A DNA stretch of 43,642 nt, taken from Leptospirales bacterium. GTDB lineage: Bacteria; Spirochaetota; Leptospiria; Turneriellales; JAOUFE01. Positions 16,721 to 27,284 of this stretch are shown here, in pieces. A model generated the notes under the pieces. That model was not told the origin of the DNA. It ran no database searches and saw nothing but the letters and a program-made list of their open reading frames with translations. Positions within the stretch are counted from its first letter, which is position 1. Each line of letters opens with the position of its first letter. The translations under genes and the position numbers were made by a program. The stretch spans positions 1 through 43,642 of the forward strand of contig JBEQLE010000032.1 in assembly GCA_040326155.1 (NCBI GenBank), in the 5' to 3' direction.

Positions 16721-18940
16721 TTAAACGTTCAATCCATCACTAATTTTGTTCGCATCAGAATCTAGAAAATTGATGAAATCTTTCTTACAAAGAGATGCAA
16801 ACTTTTTGAGATCATCTAAAACGTAAAAAGATTCAGCAGCATGATGCACGGAAAATATAGTTGGTATAAAATCGGAAAAACGTGAATAATGAAATTTATC
16901 GAGATGACGGCCTAAAAACTTTATCCAATCTTCATTAGTCATGGAATGTAGACTACTTATAAATTCATGAATTGATTCTAAGACTTTTGGTATTGGTATT
17001 TTACGTAGTTTAAACTCTAAACGATAGAAATTATGTGATACTTTTAAACCAGGAAATGAATCACAAAGACAAAATGCAATAACAGTATTGATCATGGTGC
17101 CGGCATATGTTTCGATCCAGAGTTCGGTTCCCATTTTAGTTACACCGATTTTACCTTCTTCAACGGGATTGTGACCAAGTCTTTTTGTGTGTAACTGCAA
17201 TGTTTGTAAAGCGTTGGGACTCACTTGATCTGCTACATTATATTTGCTTGCTAATATATCGTGAAAACGTCTGGCGACTTCATATTCAACACGGAAAAGA
17301 CCACCGCCGCTCCAGGCAGGTGGTAATGCGTCGGCGGCAGGTTTAACCAATATACATTTCAGGTCTTCAATAATCTCTTGTACTGCCCACTTTCGACCGG
17401 CAAGTTGAAAAACAGATTCTTCCGAGTTAAGGCCGAATGCGAACCAACTTTCCAGAAAGCCGATTTCTTCATTATTATACAAAACGGTATAATTCTCATT
17501 TACATCGAATACGGCATAAAGTTCCATATAGTTTTTGTGTGAAAACTTTTTCTCAATGATTGGGCCAATTAGTAATACTCGGCCATCGTTGAATAAGAAA
17601 TCATGACTCACCCAGTATTCAATTAACTTATCAAACTCCTCTCGCTTTATTTCACTAAATGAATATGCGGATTTTATTTTGTTGAAAAAAGTATCAGGGT
17701 TGATGCCATAATTACCAAGTATTTCCAATAATAATTGTTGAAACAAAATATCATATCGGCGTCGGGATGGACGAAGAGGTTCAAAATACCCTTCAGCGCC
17801 TTTTGACGACATGGCCATATTTAAAACAAAATCTTCGAAGGTTTTGGTCAATAGAACGATATGAGCATTTCCATCTCGTCTACCTGCACGCCCTATTCGT
17901 TGTAAGTACGAATTCACCGAGGGGAGGTGATCTTTTTGAATGACTCGATTGAGGTCGCCTATGTCAATGCCAAGTTCAAGGGTCGATGTGGCGCTGATCA
18001 CGCTGTGTGCATCGTCGGTTCGCATTTTTTCTTCGGTCTCTTCTCTAAGAAGTTTAGAAACAGAACCATGATGAACCATAGCATGAATACCACTCACTTC
18101 TAAAATGCAAGCTGTCATCTCTACATCTTTCTTGGAGTTACCAAAAATAATTGTCTTACCCGAAACTGTAAGGTCTTTCAGCGTATGCTGAAGAATGGCA
18201 CCATAGTTTTCACCTTCTTCGTTAATTAATATATGTTCTACCGAAACACTCCTTTGATTTCCTGCTGCGTTAATTATTTCACAATCGGGGCCGGAACCTT
18301 GAAGCCAAGTCGCTACCGCTTCGGGGTCACCTACCGTAGCGGAAAGACCGATTCTTTGGATTGGTTGAGATACAAAAGATTGTAGTCTCTCCATGGAGGA
18401 TGATAGCTGTGCGCCACGCGAATCAGCGGCAAAATAGTGAGCTTCATCTACGACTAACGAGACAACATTTTTGAAATATTCTTTATTATTAATCGATTCT
18501 GAAGCAAGCATTACATCCAGACTTTCAGGGGTGGTTAAAAGTATTGATGCAGGATTCTTTTTTTGTTTATTCTTACTAAAAGCGGAAACATCTCCATGCC
18601 ATTTGAATATGGAAATATCGCCCAGGTTTTCCAGCCAACCTTCAATACGCAAATCGAGGTCGTTTAAAAGAGCTTTAAGTGGCGCTATAAAGATGGCATG
18701 AATACTCTCAGTTTTTGAAGCTGATTCAAAGATATTGGACAATACTGGAAAAAGAGCGGCTTCCGTTTTACCGCCTGCTGTAGGTGAAATGACTAAGCAA
18801 CAGGAACCATTCACGACAACTGGTATAACTTCTCTTTGTACCGGGCGAAAAAAATTTTTACTATCTGCCCACTTCTTTTGTATCTCTCGTTGCACAGTGG
18901 GATGCAACATTTCAAGAATTTCAATATCCGATTTACCCAT
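16721..18940 (-). CDS. Lhr-like DEAH-box helicase (BrxHI/SngC-like)
   Basis: SPTAGGKTEA, TTPESL, VDEAH, GLSATVG, HHGSVS, TSTLELGIDIG, QRIGRAGR, then an Lhr-type winged helix and FQLAGRKW. ATG 18940 overlaps the ATPase stop by 8 nt. Confidence 0.9.
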   Translation of the reverse strand: MGKSDIEILEMLHPTVQREIQKKWADSKNFFRPVQREVIPVVVNGSCCLVISPTAGGKTEAALFPVLSNIFESASKTESIHAIFIAPLKALLNDLDLRIEGWLENLGDISIFKWHGDVSAFSKNKQKKNPASILLTTPESLDVMLASESINNKEYFKNVVSLVVDEAHYFAADSRGAQLSSSMERLQSFVSQPIQRIGLSATVGDPEAVATWLQGSGPDCEIINAAGNQRSVSVEHILINEEGENYGAILQHTLKDLTVSGKTIIFGNSKKDVEMTACILEVSGIHAMVHHGSVSKLLREETEEKMRTDDAHSVISATSTLELGIDIGDLNRVIQKDHLPSVNSYLQRIGRAGRRDGNAHIVLLTKTFEDFVLNMAMSSKGAEGYFEPLRPSRRRYDILFQQLLLEILGNYGINPDTFFNKIKSAYSFSEIKREEFDKLIEYWVSHDFLFNDGRVLLIGPIIEKKFSHKNYMELYAVFDVNENYTVLYNNEEIGFLESWFAFGLNSEESVFQLAGRKWAVQEIIEDLKCILVKPAADALPPAWSGGGLFRVEYEVARRFHDILASKYNVADQVSPNALQTLQLHTKRLGHNPVEEGKIGVTKMGTELWIETYAGTMINTVIAFCLCDSFPGLKVSHNFYRLEFKLRKIPIPKVLESIHEFISSLHSMTNEDWIKFLGRHLDKFHYSRFSDFIPTIFSVHHAAESFYVLDDLKKFASLCKKDFINFLDSDANKISDGLNV

Positions 18941-20177
18941 CCGCTTGGCCAATTTTTGGGAGCAACTCTTTGATTGTTTTTTCTGGAAATTCTTTTAAAA
19001 GGTCGAAAGCTTCGACGAGTTCGCGTATAAATTTTCGTGGACCAGATTCCTTAATACCGAAAGCACCCGTGGATAAGTGGCTAACTAGGGCGGCGAGGCC
19101 TTCATCTGAGATCTTATTCATTATTTGCCAATCTTCAGCTACTCCATGAATAACACGTATCTTTGTTGCAAGTAACGAAAGATCAGATTCGTTCAGTGGT
19201 GATAATTCCAGAATAGGTTGTTTTTTACTGCCTGAACTATCCAGGTTTTTAATCTTACGAATTCGTTCTATTAGGGCTGGGTATTGTCTGATGCCCTTTG
19301 TTTCTGAAAAAAATTGCGGAGTTGCGGTAACTAGAAATAGAGAATTTTGAAACTGACCCGCAGCCGTATCGTCAAGAATGTGCCGTAAAATTTCATAGGC
19401 TTTTAATCTTTGCGTTGGTTGTTGTAATCGCATTACTGTTTCTACTTCATCAAGAACAATTAGAGTACCGGCATAACCAGCCTCCTTTGCCAACAATAAT
19501 ATACCTTTTAGAAAATTATAAGCATTATCACCAGCAATTTTCCCTTTCAAACCTAATTGTTTGGAAAAATCTTTCGCTGGTATTTTATCACTTGCTCTAA
19601 TCCAGTCTAAGGCATATTTTGATAATTCGCTGTTCTTTTGTACTTTGCCACCAGCAAATGCAGCCATAGCTCTAGACAATGACGGATCCATGTTTCGAAC
19701 AGAAACCAATTCATTCTCAATGTGTGACATGAAATCTTTGGCTTGTTCAAGATTAATTGTTGCGGAATCGGAGAGACCTTCAATACTCTGGTGCATACGA
19801 AGTTGTTGCAAAGACCACTCTTCTAATATATTGATAATACCGGATCCATCACGGCTATTTGGAGTTTTAAAGTTTCTACAAAATGCGCTATAGACCTGAG
19901 TAAAGTTACCTAATTGAACTGTTGGATCTATAACTATTTGCGAAATGCAAAAATTCATAGATAATGCTTGTTCCACTAAATATGTTGAAAGCATCGTTTT
20001 TCCCGAACCGTAGTCGCCTTGAATAAAGCGAACTGATGAAATATTATCTTTTTTAACTTTCGTTAATTCACTCATTAGTTCGGAGATTTGCGCTTCATGG
20101 CCAACAATGATTTCACTGAGTCCTTCTTTAGGGACTGTACCGGTGCGCAACGCTTTTAACAACTCTATTCCATTCAT
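18933..20177 (-). CDS. BrxD-like (DUF2791) P-loop ATPase
   Basis: ALRTGTVPKEGL N-terminus, Walker A GDYGSGKT, Walker B LIVLDEVE, TATPQFF...GIRQYPALIERI, PRKFIRELV. Confidence 0.85.
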   Translation of the reverse strand: MNGIELLKALRTGTVPKEGLSEIIVGHEAQISELMSELTKVKKDNISSVRFIQGDYGSGKTMLSTYLVEQALSMNFCISQIVIDPTVQLGNFTQVYSAFCRNFKTPNSRDGSGIINILEEWSLQQLRMHQSIEGLSDSATINLEQAKDFMSHIENELVSVRNMDPSLSRAMAAFAGGKVQKNSELSKYALDWIRASDKIPAKDFSKQLGLKGKIAGDNAYNFLKGILLLAKEAGYAGTLIVLDEVETVMRLQQPTQRLKAYEILRHILDDTAAGQFQNSLFLVTATPQFFSETKGIRQYPALIERIRKIKNLDSSGSKKQPILELSPLNESDLSLLATKIRVIHGVAEDWQIMNKISDEGLAALVSHLSTGAFGIKESGPRKFIRELVEAFDLLKEFPEKTIKELLPKIGQADG

Positions 20178-20187
20178 TTATATTGCC

Positions 20188-21741
20188 TTATTTTAATTGG
20201 TAAAGTGGATGATCACTGTACTTCTGGACCACAATTATATCTTGCCCATTTTCTTGCATTTTTTTAATCATATCATTCATTTGAGTTTCTGGAAAATACC
20301 ATGGCAGATCAAACCTGGCGACGAGACGTTCAATGACTGGTCCTGAGGCAGTTTTATTTTCTATGATGAATGATAGAATAATCAATTCATCAGATGAAAG
20401 GTATGGATACTTAACTTTAAGTCCGTCAATACTTTCAGATCGTTTTTCTTTTGCCTTTTCTCGGTCGACCTGTGTAGATAAACTAATGATTGAAGCCGTA
20501 TCATTTTCTATTTCATCACTTTCTTCAGGGGGAGAGTAAGAAGAAAAATTATCAACTATTCTTGAAATTTTGTCTTGTTTTGAACCTGAAACTTTAACAT
20601 TTAGTTTCGAACATAAGTCATATAATTCAGAACTCGATAATTGGTTTAAAAGCGTATTCTCAGAATAAATACTATCCCATATACTCTGTATTCGATTCAT
20701 TTTGGAGCCGCTTTTATTTATTTTCCTGAGGCCTGATGCGATGGAGTAAAGTTGTTCATTGGAGAGTGGTGTAAATATTTGATGAAATGCTTCTTTGCCA
20801 AGAACCTTTTCTTCAGGTTTGGGTGGCGCAAGTTTTTTTTCTAATTCTTCCTTTCGTCGCAAGTCCTCATCGCTGTCGATGAAATCAATTATATTTTCAA
20901 TGATATCTGATTTGCTGCCACTTATTTGTGAGCCAATCTTTCTCGCAGCGTCTCTTAGAATATCATTACTAAGATTGTTCAGTGCATTTCTGGGTGAAAC
21001 ATAATTTTCTATGATACGTATAGATTTTTCAGCTGCGCTACCAGAAATGCTTAATTCATTTTTCTTTAAAATTTCTGTTAAATCATGACTTGGTATTTGT
21101 TCTAAAAGTCTCTGGTATTGTTCATTTGTTAATGAAAAACCCCAAGTCTTTCTGATTATTGGAATCATTTCCGATGCAATTGTAAAATAACCTTCCAAGG
21201 GGTGTAATATACCGCTAGCTATGAGATGATTACGTTCTCTTTCATAGTAGTTTTCACTAAACCAGTAAGTTGTTAGGGATTCGTGATGTTCTAGTATAAT
21301 ATGTTCCTTAAAGGATATATCCAATTCGTCCCTTAGTGCCATAAGTAAGCGATATTCAGATAGATCAATCGAAGAGTCCGATTCCCAAGCCACCTGTAGC
21401 ATTTTCAAGTAAAGAGAGTAATCTTTTTTTGAACGTAAACCTTCACCTTTAGTTGCACTTTTGATAAAGATTTCAGTGTTTTTCTTTATGGCATCTTTGA
21501 AGCCTTTAACTGATATTTTATGGTCTGGCTCATCAATAATTTTACTTAAAATTAGATAAGATGGTGGATTTCGTAAAGATAGAGACTTTTGGATGTAATA
21601 GAATTTTAAAAGATGATTACTCAATTCATCCACCAAGACTTCTCTGGGGAGTTTGATATGATCAATATCTTGAATTTTTCCGGTCGCAAGTTGTTCCAAG
21701 CTTTCAATTTGATAAGAATTTAAAATGTCATTTAGTTTCAA
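20188..21741 (-). CDS. Uncharacterised protein with a TerB-like helical segment, four SAP-like repeats and a possible C-terminal winged helix
   Basis: Likely TTG start at 21741 after GGAG (the ORF extends to 21756). VAWESDSSIDLSEYRLLMALRDELDIS, and four L..(I/L)....(I/V/K)SGS....(I)..I units. Ends 10 nt before the ATPase. Confidence 0.7.
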   Translation of the reverse strand: MKLNDILNSYQIESLEQLATGKIQDIDHIKLPREVLVDELSNHLLKFYYIQKSLSLRNPPSYLILSKIIDEPDHKISVKGFKDAIKKNTEIFIKSATKGEGLRSKKDYSLYLKMLQVAWESDSSIDLSEYRLLMALRDELDISFKEHIILEHHESLTTYWFSENYYERERNHLIASGILHPLEGYFTIASEMIPIIRKTWGFSLTNEQYQRLLEQIPSHDLTEILKKNELSISGSAAEKSIRIIENYVSPRNALNNLSNDILRDAARKIGSQISGSKSDIIENIIDFIDSDEDLRRKEELEKKLAPPKPEEKVLGKEAFHQIFTPLSNEQLYSIASGLRKINKSGSKMNRIQSIWDSIYSENTLLNQLSSSELYDLCSKLNVKVSGSKQDKISRIVDNFSSYSPPEESDEIENDTASIISLSTQVDREKAKEKRSESIDGLKVKYPYLSSDELIILSFIIENKTASGPVIERLVARFDLPWYFPETQMNDMIKKMQENGQDIIVVQKYSDHPLYQLK

Positions 21742-22119
21742 TATGTACTCCAACAAAAAAGAGATTAAAGGTGTGATATTTAATTATTCTTCTAAGACTT
21801 TAATATTCACCACCATTAATTAATATTTACGTAGGAGTTTAAGTCTTTTTTTATTATAGATGAAATTAAATGGCCCAAGCCGTTTGCATTATTATTTTTC
21901 GTATAGCCTTACAACCTGCCATTTGCTTCTGATCACCGTCGCAACCAGGATCTAATCCGTGATCAGTATTTGCAACTAAAACATGGAGTCTATTATCGGC
22001 TATTAATGATTTGCACTTTCAATTCATTAAAGGAACATCTCGGGGCATTTGAAGATAACGTACTTTAAACGAATATCCAACGAAGCAACCTCCCCGGATT
22101 TTCACGCGAAATCCTGGTA

Positions 22120-22941
22120 TTACAATTGCGCGGGAGTAATATGATAACATCTTTGTTTTTTTTCCCAGATGGCATATAGAATTTTTTCATCTTGCAGTTG
22201 AACCAAAGTTTCGAATAGAATCGCATGTAGCTGACGACGAAGGGCGTCCCCCAGCCAATAACCTATACGACTTTGCATTTTACCGGAAAGTGATTCTGGT
22301 ATTTGTGTATCGGCTGCAATGGGAATCGAGAGGTAATAATCTTCGTAAAAAATATCGAAACTGATACCGAAGGCGTGAGAGGAGACAAGTACGGCATTGG
22401 CGTTTTTTGAGCGAAGGGCTTTCTGATAATCGTTTGGTCGAAGCGCCGAAGAGACGGCAAATTTAATTTTTACTTTTGAATCGATTAAAACTTTATTACG
22501 AATATTTTCCTGAAAACGTAAACCAATTAACTGTAAAATTTTAGCAGCATCAGGATGAAGGTATCTAAGATCTTTTTTTACATTGTAAAAATAAAAGAGA
22601 TTTTCGGGGTTATTTTCGACAAAAACCAACTGTTTTTTTTCAACGCTTGCAGGAATCTGTTCTTCTTTGGCAATAGGCTTTAATTTCATTTTAGCCGCAA
22701 TTGCCAGGTGATCTTTTAAAAGATATTTTCGTAGCTTTAAGGGAGATAACGTTTTCGTTAAATCGTTATACGTTGCTAATTTAGTAACAATAGATGTTTC
22801 TATGGACGCGGCATATTTCAAATACTCTTCCATTTGACCTATGGTTTTTTTCTGGTGAACTGAAGTGAACCAATATACGGAGAAGCCTCCCACACAGAGA
22901 CTGAGAATAACCAATGCCGTTTTAAAGATAATATTTTTCAT
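22120..22941 (-). CDS. DUF5715-family protein (M15 peptidase-like fold), N-terminal anchor
   Basis: VSSALRP, NANA..VSSHAFGISFDI, EKKQRCYHIT. Confidence 0.75.
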   Translation of the reverse strand: MKNIIFKTALVILSLCVGGFSVYWFTSVHQKKTIGQMEEYLKYAASIETSIVTKLATYNDLTKTLSPLKLRKYLLKDHLAIAAKMKLKPIAKEEQIPASVEKKQLVFVENNPENLFYFYNVKKDLRYLHPDAAKILQLIGLRFQENIRNKVLIDSKVKIKFAVSSALRPNDYQKALRSKNANAVLVSSHAFGISFDIFYEDYYLSIPIAADTQIPESLSGKMQSRIGYWLGDALRRQLHAILFETLVQLQDEKILYAIWEKKQRCYHITPAQL

Positions 22942-22965
22942 TTTGACTATAATCTGCGCGTAAAT

Positions 22966-25515
22966 TTAGACAACAATGTTCACCAGTCTGTTTTTTACTA
23001 CAATAATTTTTCGAATTTCTTTGCCATCAATATGACGTTTTACGGATTCTTGCTCCAAAGCCAGTTGTTTCAAAGTATCTTCAGAGGTTCCGGCTTCGCC
23101 TATTATTTTAGCGCGAACTTTGCCATTAACCTGAATAACAAACTCCATAGTAGACTCTTGTGTTTTTTCTTTATTAAAAACAGGCCATGGTTGCGACAAC
23201 ACAGTTTCTTTGTTGCCCAGCTTTTCCCAGAGTTCTTCGCAAATATGCGGAGCAAAAGGAGAAAGCAGTTTAACAAAAGTCTCCGCTGCAAGTTTTCCGA
23301 TATTTTTATGTTGCGTGGCATTGTTCATAAAAACCATCATCTGTGAAATAGCCGTATTAAAAGAGAGTTTTTCAATATCTTCGGTTACCTTCTGAATGGT
23401 CTGGTGTAGAATTTTTTCATTTTCGTTTTTCTGTTTTTCATCGGAAGTCTCTACCAGAAGTCCAGGCTCGAGTTCTCCGGAGTCGGTAATATAAAGACGC
23501 CATACCCTTGTAAGAAATCGATAGACTCCTTCAATACCACGTTCGGACCATGGCTTCATTTGTTCCAGAGGCCCCATGAACATTTCGAATAATCTAAAAG
23601 CGTCGGCTCCATGTGAGGCAACAACGTCGTCCGGGCTCACGACATTCCCCCTGGACTTGGACATTTTAGAACCATCCGTACCTAAAATTAACCCCTGGTG
23701 TACGAGTTTTTTAAAAGGCTCGCAAGAAGTAACTAAACCGTAATCGTATAATACCTTATGCCAAAACCGGGCGTATAACAAATGTAAAACCGCATGTTCA
23801 GCGCCACCTACATAAAGATCCACCCCGGTATCACCCAACCAGTACTTCTCATTCTTAGCATCAATAAGATTATCAAAATTTTTCGGGTCGGCGAATCGCA
23901 GGTAGTACCAGGAGCTACCGGCCCACTGGGGCATGGTATTGGTTTCTCGCTTATATGTATTGCCTTGATCATCTTTGTATTCGACCCAGTCTAAAATATT
24001 TGCCAGTGGCGATTCGCCGGTTCCTGCAGGTTTAAAATCATCGGACGGGGGCAGCTTCAAAGGGAGTTCTTTATCGTAATGATACCTGGATTTTGAATCG
24101 GTACTAATGGGAATCGGTTCTCCCCAATACCTCTGCCGGGAAAAAAGCCAGTCTCGAAGTCTGTATTGTATTTTCCCGAACCCGATTTTCTCTTTTTCGA
24201 GATGTTCGATCATGGTTTGAATAGCTTCTTTTGATTTGAGTCCTGTAATAAAACCAGAGTCAATACTAATTCCATTTTCTGTAAAAGCTTCGCTATCGCT
24301 GGTATAGGGTTTCCCATCCGATGAAATAACAAATTTTACGGGAATATCAAATGCTTTGGCAAAGTCGTAATCTCGCTGGTCATGCCCGGGAACGGCCATA
24401 ATTGCGCCCGTGCCATAGGTAATTAAAACGTAGTCGGCTATCCAAACTGGCACCTTTTCGCCCGAAAGAGGATTTATAACATACCCTCCGGTAAAAATAC
24501 CAGTTTTGGCTCCTTTTTCTGCTTCGAGTTGGCGATCAAAGTCCGATTTCAATGTGGCCGCTTCCGTGTATTTTTCTACGTCAGCTTTATGTTCGTCAGT
24601 TGTAAAAAAATCAACCAAAGAATGTTCCGGGGCAAGAACCATATAGGTGACACCAAAAAGTGTATCTGGACGGGTGGTAAAGACACTGAGTTTTTTCGAA
24701 TTGTCTTCAGAATGAAAGTCTAGCTCGGCGCCCTCGGAACGACCAATCCAGTTTTTCTGAAGTTCGAGAGTTCCGTGCGGCCAATCAACAAATTTTAGAT
24801 CGTCGAGCAGACGTTCGGCGTACTCTGTAATTCGCAACATCCACTGGCTCATGGGTTTTCGCTCCACGCGATACCCCTTCTCTACCCACTCATCGACCTC
24901 TTCGTTGGCTAAAACAGTACCAAGTTCGGCGCACCAGTTTACCGGCATTCGGTCTATATAGGCAAGTCGTTTGGAGTCAATGTAGTCGTTGCGCTCTTGC
25001 TCTTTTTCTGGCGAATTCAATTCGGCAGGAATCGGCAGCTCAGATATATCGCGAGCTTTGTTTTCGTCTTTATCGTAGTAAGAGTTAAATATTTTCAAGA
25101 AAATCCACTGGGTCCATTTGTAATAATGTTCATCTGTGGTATTAATTTCACGACTCCAGTCGTAAGAAAACCCAAGAGATTGAAGCTGACGTTTAAAATT
25201 TTGGATATTCTTTTTTGTTGTAATCGACGGATGTATTCCCGTCTTCATGGCGTAACGTTCAGCGGGCAGTCCAAATGCGTCCCAACCCATAGGGTGTAGA
25301 ACATTGAAACCGTTCATTCGTTTAAACCGGGCTACAATATCGGTAGCAGTATAACCTTCAGGGTGCCCAACATGAAGACCTTCCCCGGAAGGATAAGGAA
25401 ACATATCGAGAACATAATATTTTGGTTTTTCAAAATCGTCCTCAATAACAAATGTATCGTTTGCTTTCCAGTAAGCTTGCCATTTTAATTCGAGGGCTGT
25501 AAAGTCATACTTCAT
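22966..25515 (-). CDS. leuS: Leucine--tRNA ligase
   Basis: [50 protein letters not shown]. Confidence 0.98.
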   Translation of the reverse strand: MKYDFTALELKWQAYWKANDTFVIEDDFEKPKYYVLDMFPYPSGEGLHVGHPEGYTATDIVARFKRMNGFNVLHPMGWDAFGLPAERYAMKTGIHPSITTKKNIQNFKRQLQSLGFSYDWSREINTTDEHYYKWTQWIFLKIFNSYYDKDENKARDISELPIPAELNSPEKEQERNDYIDSKRLAYIDRMPVNWCAELGTVLANEEVDEWVEKGYRVERKPMSQWMLRITEYAERLLDDLKFVDWPHGTLELQKNWIGRSEGAELDFHSEDNSKKLSVFTTRPDTLFGVTYMVLAPEHSLVDFFTTDEHKADVEKYTEAATLKSDFDRQLEAEKGAKTGIFTGGYVINPLSGEKVPVWIADYVLITYGTGAIMAVPGHDQRDYDFAKAFDIPVKFVISSDGKPYTSDSEAFTENGISIDSGFITGLKSKEAIQTMIEHLEKEKIGFGKIQYRLRDWLFSRQRYWGEPIPISTDSKSRYHYDKELPLKLPPSDDFKPAGTGESPLANILDWVEYKDDQGNTYKRETNTMPQWAGSSWYYLRFADPKNFDNLIDAKNEKYWLGDTGVDLYVGGAEHAVLHLLYARFWHKVLYDYGLVTSCEPFKKLVHQGLILGTDGSKMSKSRGNVVSPDDVVASHGADAFRLFEMFMGPLEQMKPWSERGIEGVYRFLTRVWRLYITDSGELEPGLLVETSDEKQKNENEKILHQTIQKVTEDIEKLSFNTAISQMMVFMNNATQHKNIGKLAAETFVKLLSPFAPHICEELWEKLGNKETVLSQPWPVFNKEKTQESTMEFVIQVNGKVRAKIIGEAGTSEDTLKQLALEQESVKRHIDGKEIRKIIVVKNRLVNIVV

Positions 25516-25614
25516 GATATTTCAAAAAAGGAAGAATCAGATGTGCTGACCAGCCTTTTTATATGCGCCTTTACGCTTCGAAATGGTCTGAAATTCCCCA
25601 CCAGAAAAAATTTG

Positions 25615-25902
25615 CCACGAAGACACTAAGGAAAAAAACTATAAGGAAGGCAGGAAATGCAGGAATGGGAAAATTAAGAAAAGATTATTTGACAGGATTA
25701 ACAGGATTTACAGGTTAAGAAATTAATATTGTATTGTTTATCGAATTATTATTATATCAGCTAAGGTCTTATGAGTTTGTACATAGATATTTTCTTAAAT
25801 CATGTTTATCATGTCAATCCTGTCTATTGCTTCTTCTCCTTTTCCTGCCTTCTTGCCTTCCTTATGAAAACCTCTTTTCCCCCTTCGTGTTCTTTGTGCC
25901 TT
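25615..25902. repeat. Nested foldback (A-B-C...C'-B'-A') of short REP/MITE-like motifs
   Basis: ATAAGGAAGGCAGGAA (25641) pairs with TTCTTGCCTTCCTTAT (25850-25865). GACAGGATTAACAGGAT (25691) pairs with ATCATGTCAATCCTGTC (25808-25824). CACGAAG (25616) pairs with CTTCGTG (25883). Confidence 0.65.
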
Positions 25903-26012
25903 TACGCTACGAAAAAACAAATTCTGTAGCCTGCGTTATTCTTATTTTCTTTACCAGGCAAACCAAATACGAAGATTCTTGACAACACCAAAGCAATTGA
26001 AAATCTAAACAA

Positions 26013-26546
26013 ATGGTCCCTGGTATATTTAAGAACCGAACTTCGTTATTTCATTTTACGATATCGCTCCTGTTTATTATTGGCGTAACCGCCTTAATTA
26101 CCAACCCGGTATGGAGGGAGCTGGTTGCACAGAATATATTTTATATAATTGCGCTTACGGGTGTAATTTTATTTCCGCTGGTTTATTTTAAGAGTATAAA
26201 CTGGATATTCGGAAGTTTTTCGTTGTGGACCTGGACTTTTTTTTTAATTGTGCTGGGAACCTACTATGCCTGGTTCGGGGAGCCAAACATTATTGGTTTA
26301 ATTGTAAACGTGTTTAAATCTTACCCTGTTCAAGATCGTCTTCTCGGGGCGTCCTTTGGTTTGCTTTCTTATGGAGGGTTGGTGTTTTCATTTTACTTTC
26401 TTATACATATTATTACACCAGCGGATGCAAAAGATACACTGCTGAAAATTCCCCTTCTCCAGTTTTTATTAAAAATGGGGTTTTACCTGTTCTATTTGAA
26501 TGGTATTATTCTGTTTATGAATGCTATTTTTTTGAAAAACATGTGA
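26013..26546 (+). CDS. Hypothetical integral membrane protein
   Basis: 177 aa with about five hydrophobic segments; convergent with trmD. Confidence 0.65.
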   Translation: MVPGIFKNRTSLFHFTISLLFIIGVTALITNPVWRELVAQNIFYIIALTGVILFPLVYFKSINWIFGSFSLWTWTFFLIVLGTYYAWFGEPNIIGLIVNVFKSYPVQDRLLGASFGLLSYGGLVFSFYFLIHIITPADAKDTLLKIPLLQFLLKMGFYLFYLNGIILFMNAIFLKNM

Positions 26547-26557
26547 CTTGACTTTAC

Positions 26558-27244
26558 TTAGATCGATTCATCTTTTTTAAAATTCAAATACGCTTTTTTC
26601 CCCTGTTCTTCCCGCCATTTTGCAATATTCGCGTGATGACCTGACACTAAAATATTGGGAACTTCCTGGCCATCAAAAAGCAGTGGACGGGTATATTGGG
26701 GATACTCAATATAACCATCTTTATTAAAGGATTCATCGTGCAAAGATTCACTATTGCCCATAAAATCGGGAACCTGTCGCGCCAGACAATCAATTACAGA
26801 CAGGGCTGCGGGTTCCCCTCCAGATAAAATATAATCGCCAATAGAAACGCTTTCATCGATATACTCGACAACCCGTTCGTCAATACCTTCGTAATGAGCG
26901 CAAATTAGAGTCAAGCTTTCGAAATCGGTGGTCACCTTTTTATATATAGCTTCCGCATGATTTTGCTTCCAGGAGTAACCGCGTGGTGTAAGCAGGATTT
27001 TGTAGGTTTTTTCTTGAATACTTTCGAGAGCCTTTTTTACTGGCTCCACCATTAACACCATTCCCGAGCCCCCTCCATAGGGAGTATCATCAACCTGGTT
27101 ATGTTTATTAATGGAAAAATCGCGTAGTTGAATTCGATTGACTTCTACGATTTTTTTTTCAATGGCTTTACCAAGCAAGCTGGCCTCTAAAGCGGAGTTA
27201 AAAAAATCGGGAAAAAGGGTAATTATATTAATGCGTAATTTCAT
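26558..27244 (-). CDS. trmD: tRNA (guanine-N1)-methyltransferase
   Basis: ITLFPDFF, VDDTPYGGGSGMV, YEGIDERV, SIGDYILSGGE, EYPQYTRP, SGHHANI. Confidence 0.97.
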   Translation of the reverse strand: MKLRINIITLFPDFFNSALEASLLGKAIEKKIVEVNRIQLRDFSINKHNQVDDTPYGGGSGMVLMVEPVKKALESIQEKTYKILLTPRGYSWKQNHAEAIYKKVTTDFESLTLICAHYEGIDERVVEYIDESVSIGDYILSGGEPAALSVIDCLARQVPDFMGNSESLHDESFNKDGYIEYPQYTRPLLFDGQEVPNILVSGHHANIAKWREEQGKKAYLNFKKDESI

Positions 27245-27284
27245 TTCAATGTTATGTCAATGTTATTACAAGATCATTTCAAAA

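Noticed and set aside
16721..20177. A complete BREX system
   Set aside because: No pglX, pglZ, brxC/pglY or pglW on either side within the window.
25516..25700. T-box leader for leuS
   Set aside because: No T-box consensus (AAGGTGGNACC/TGGNACC) found on the minus strand.
25734..25982. 82-aa ORF
   Set aside because: Translation of the foldback repeat arms; low complexity.
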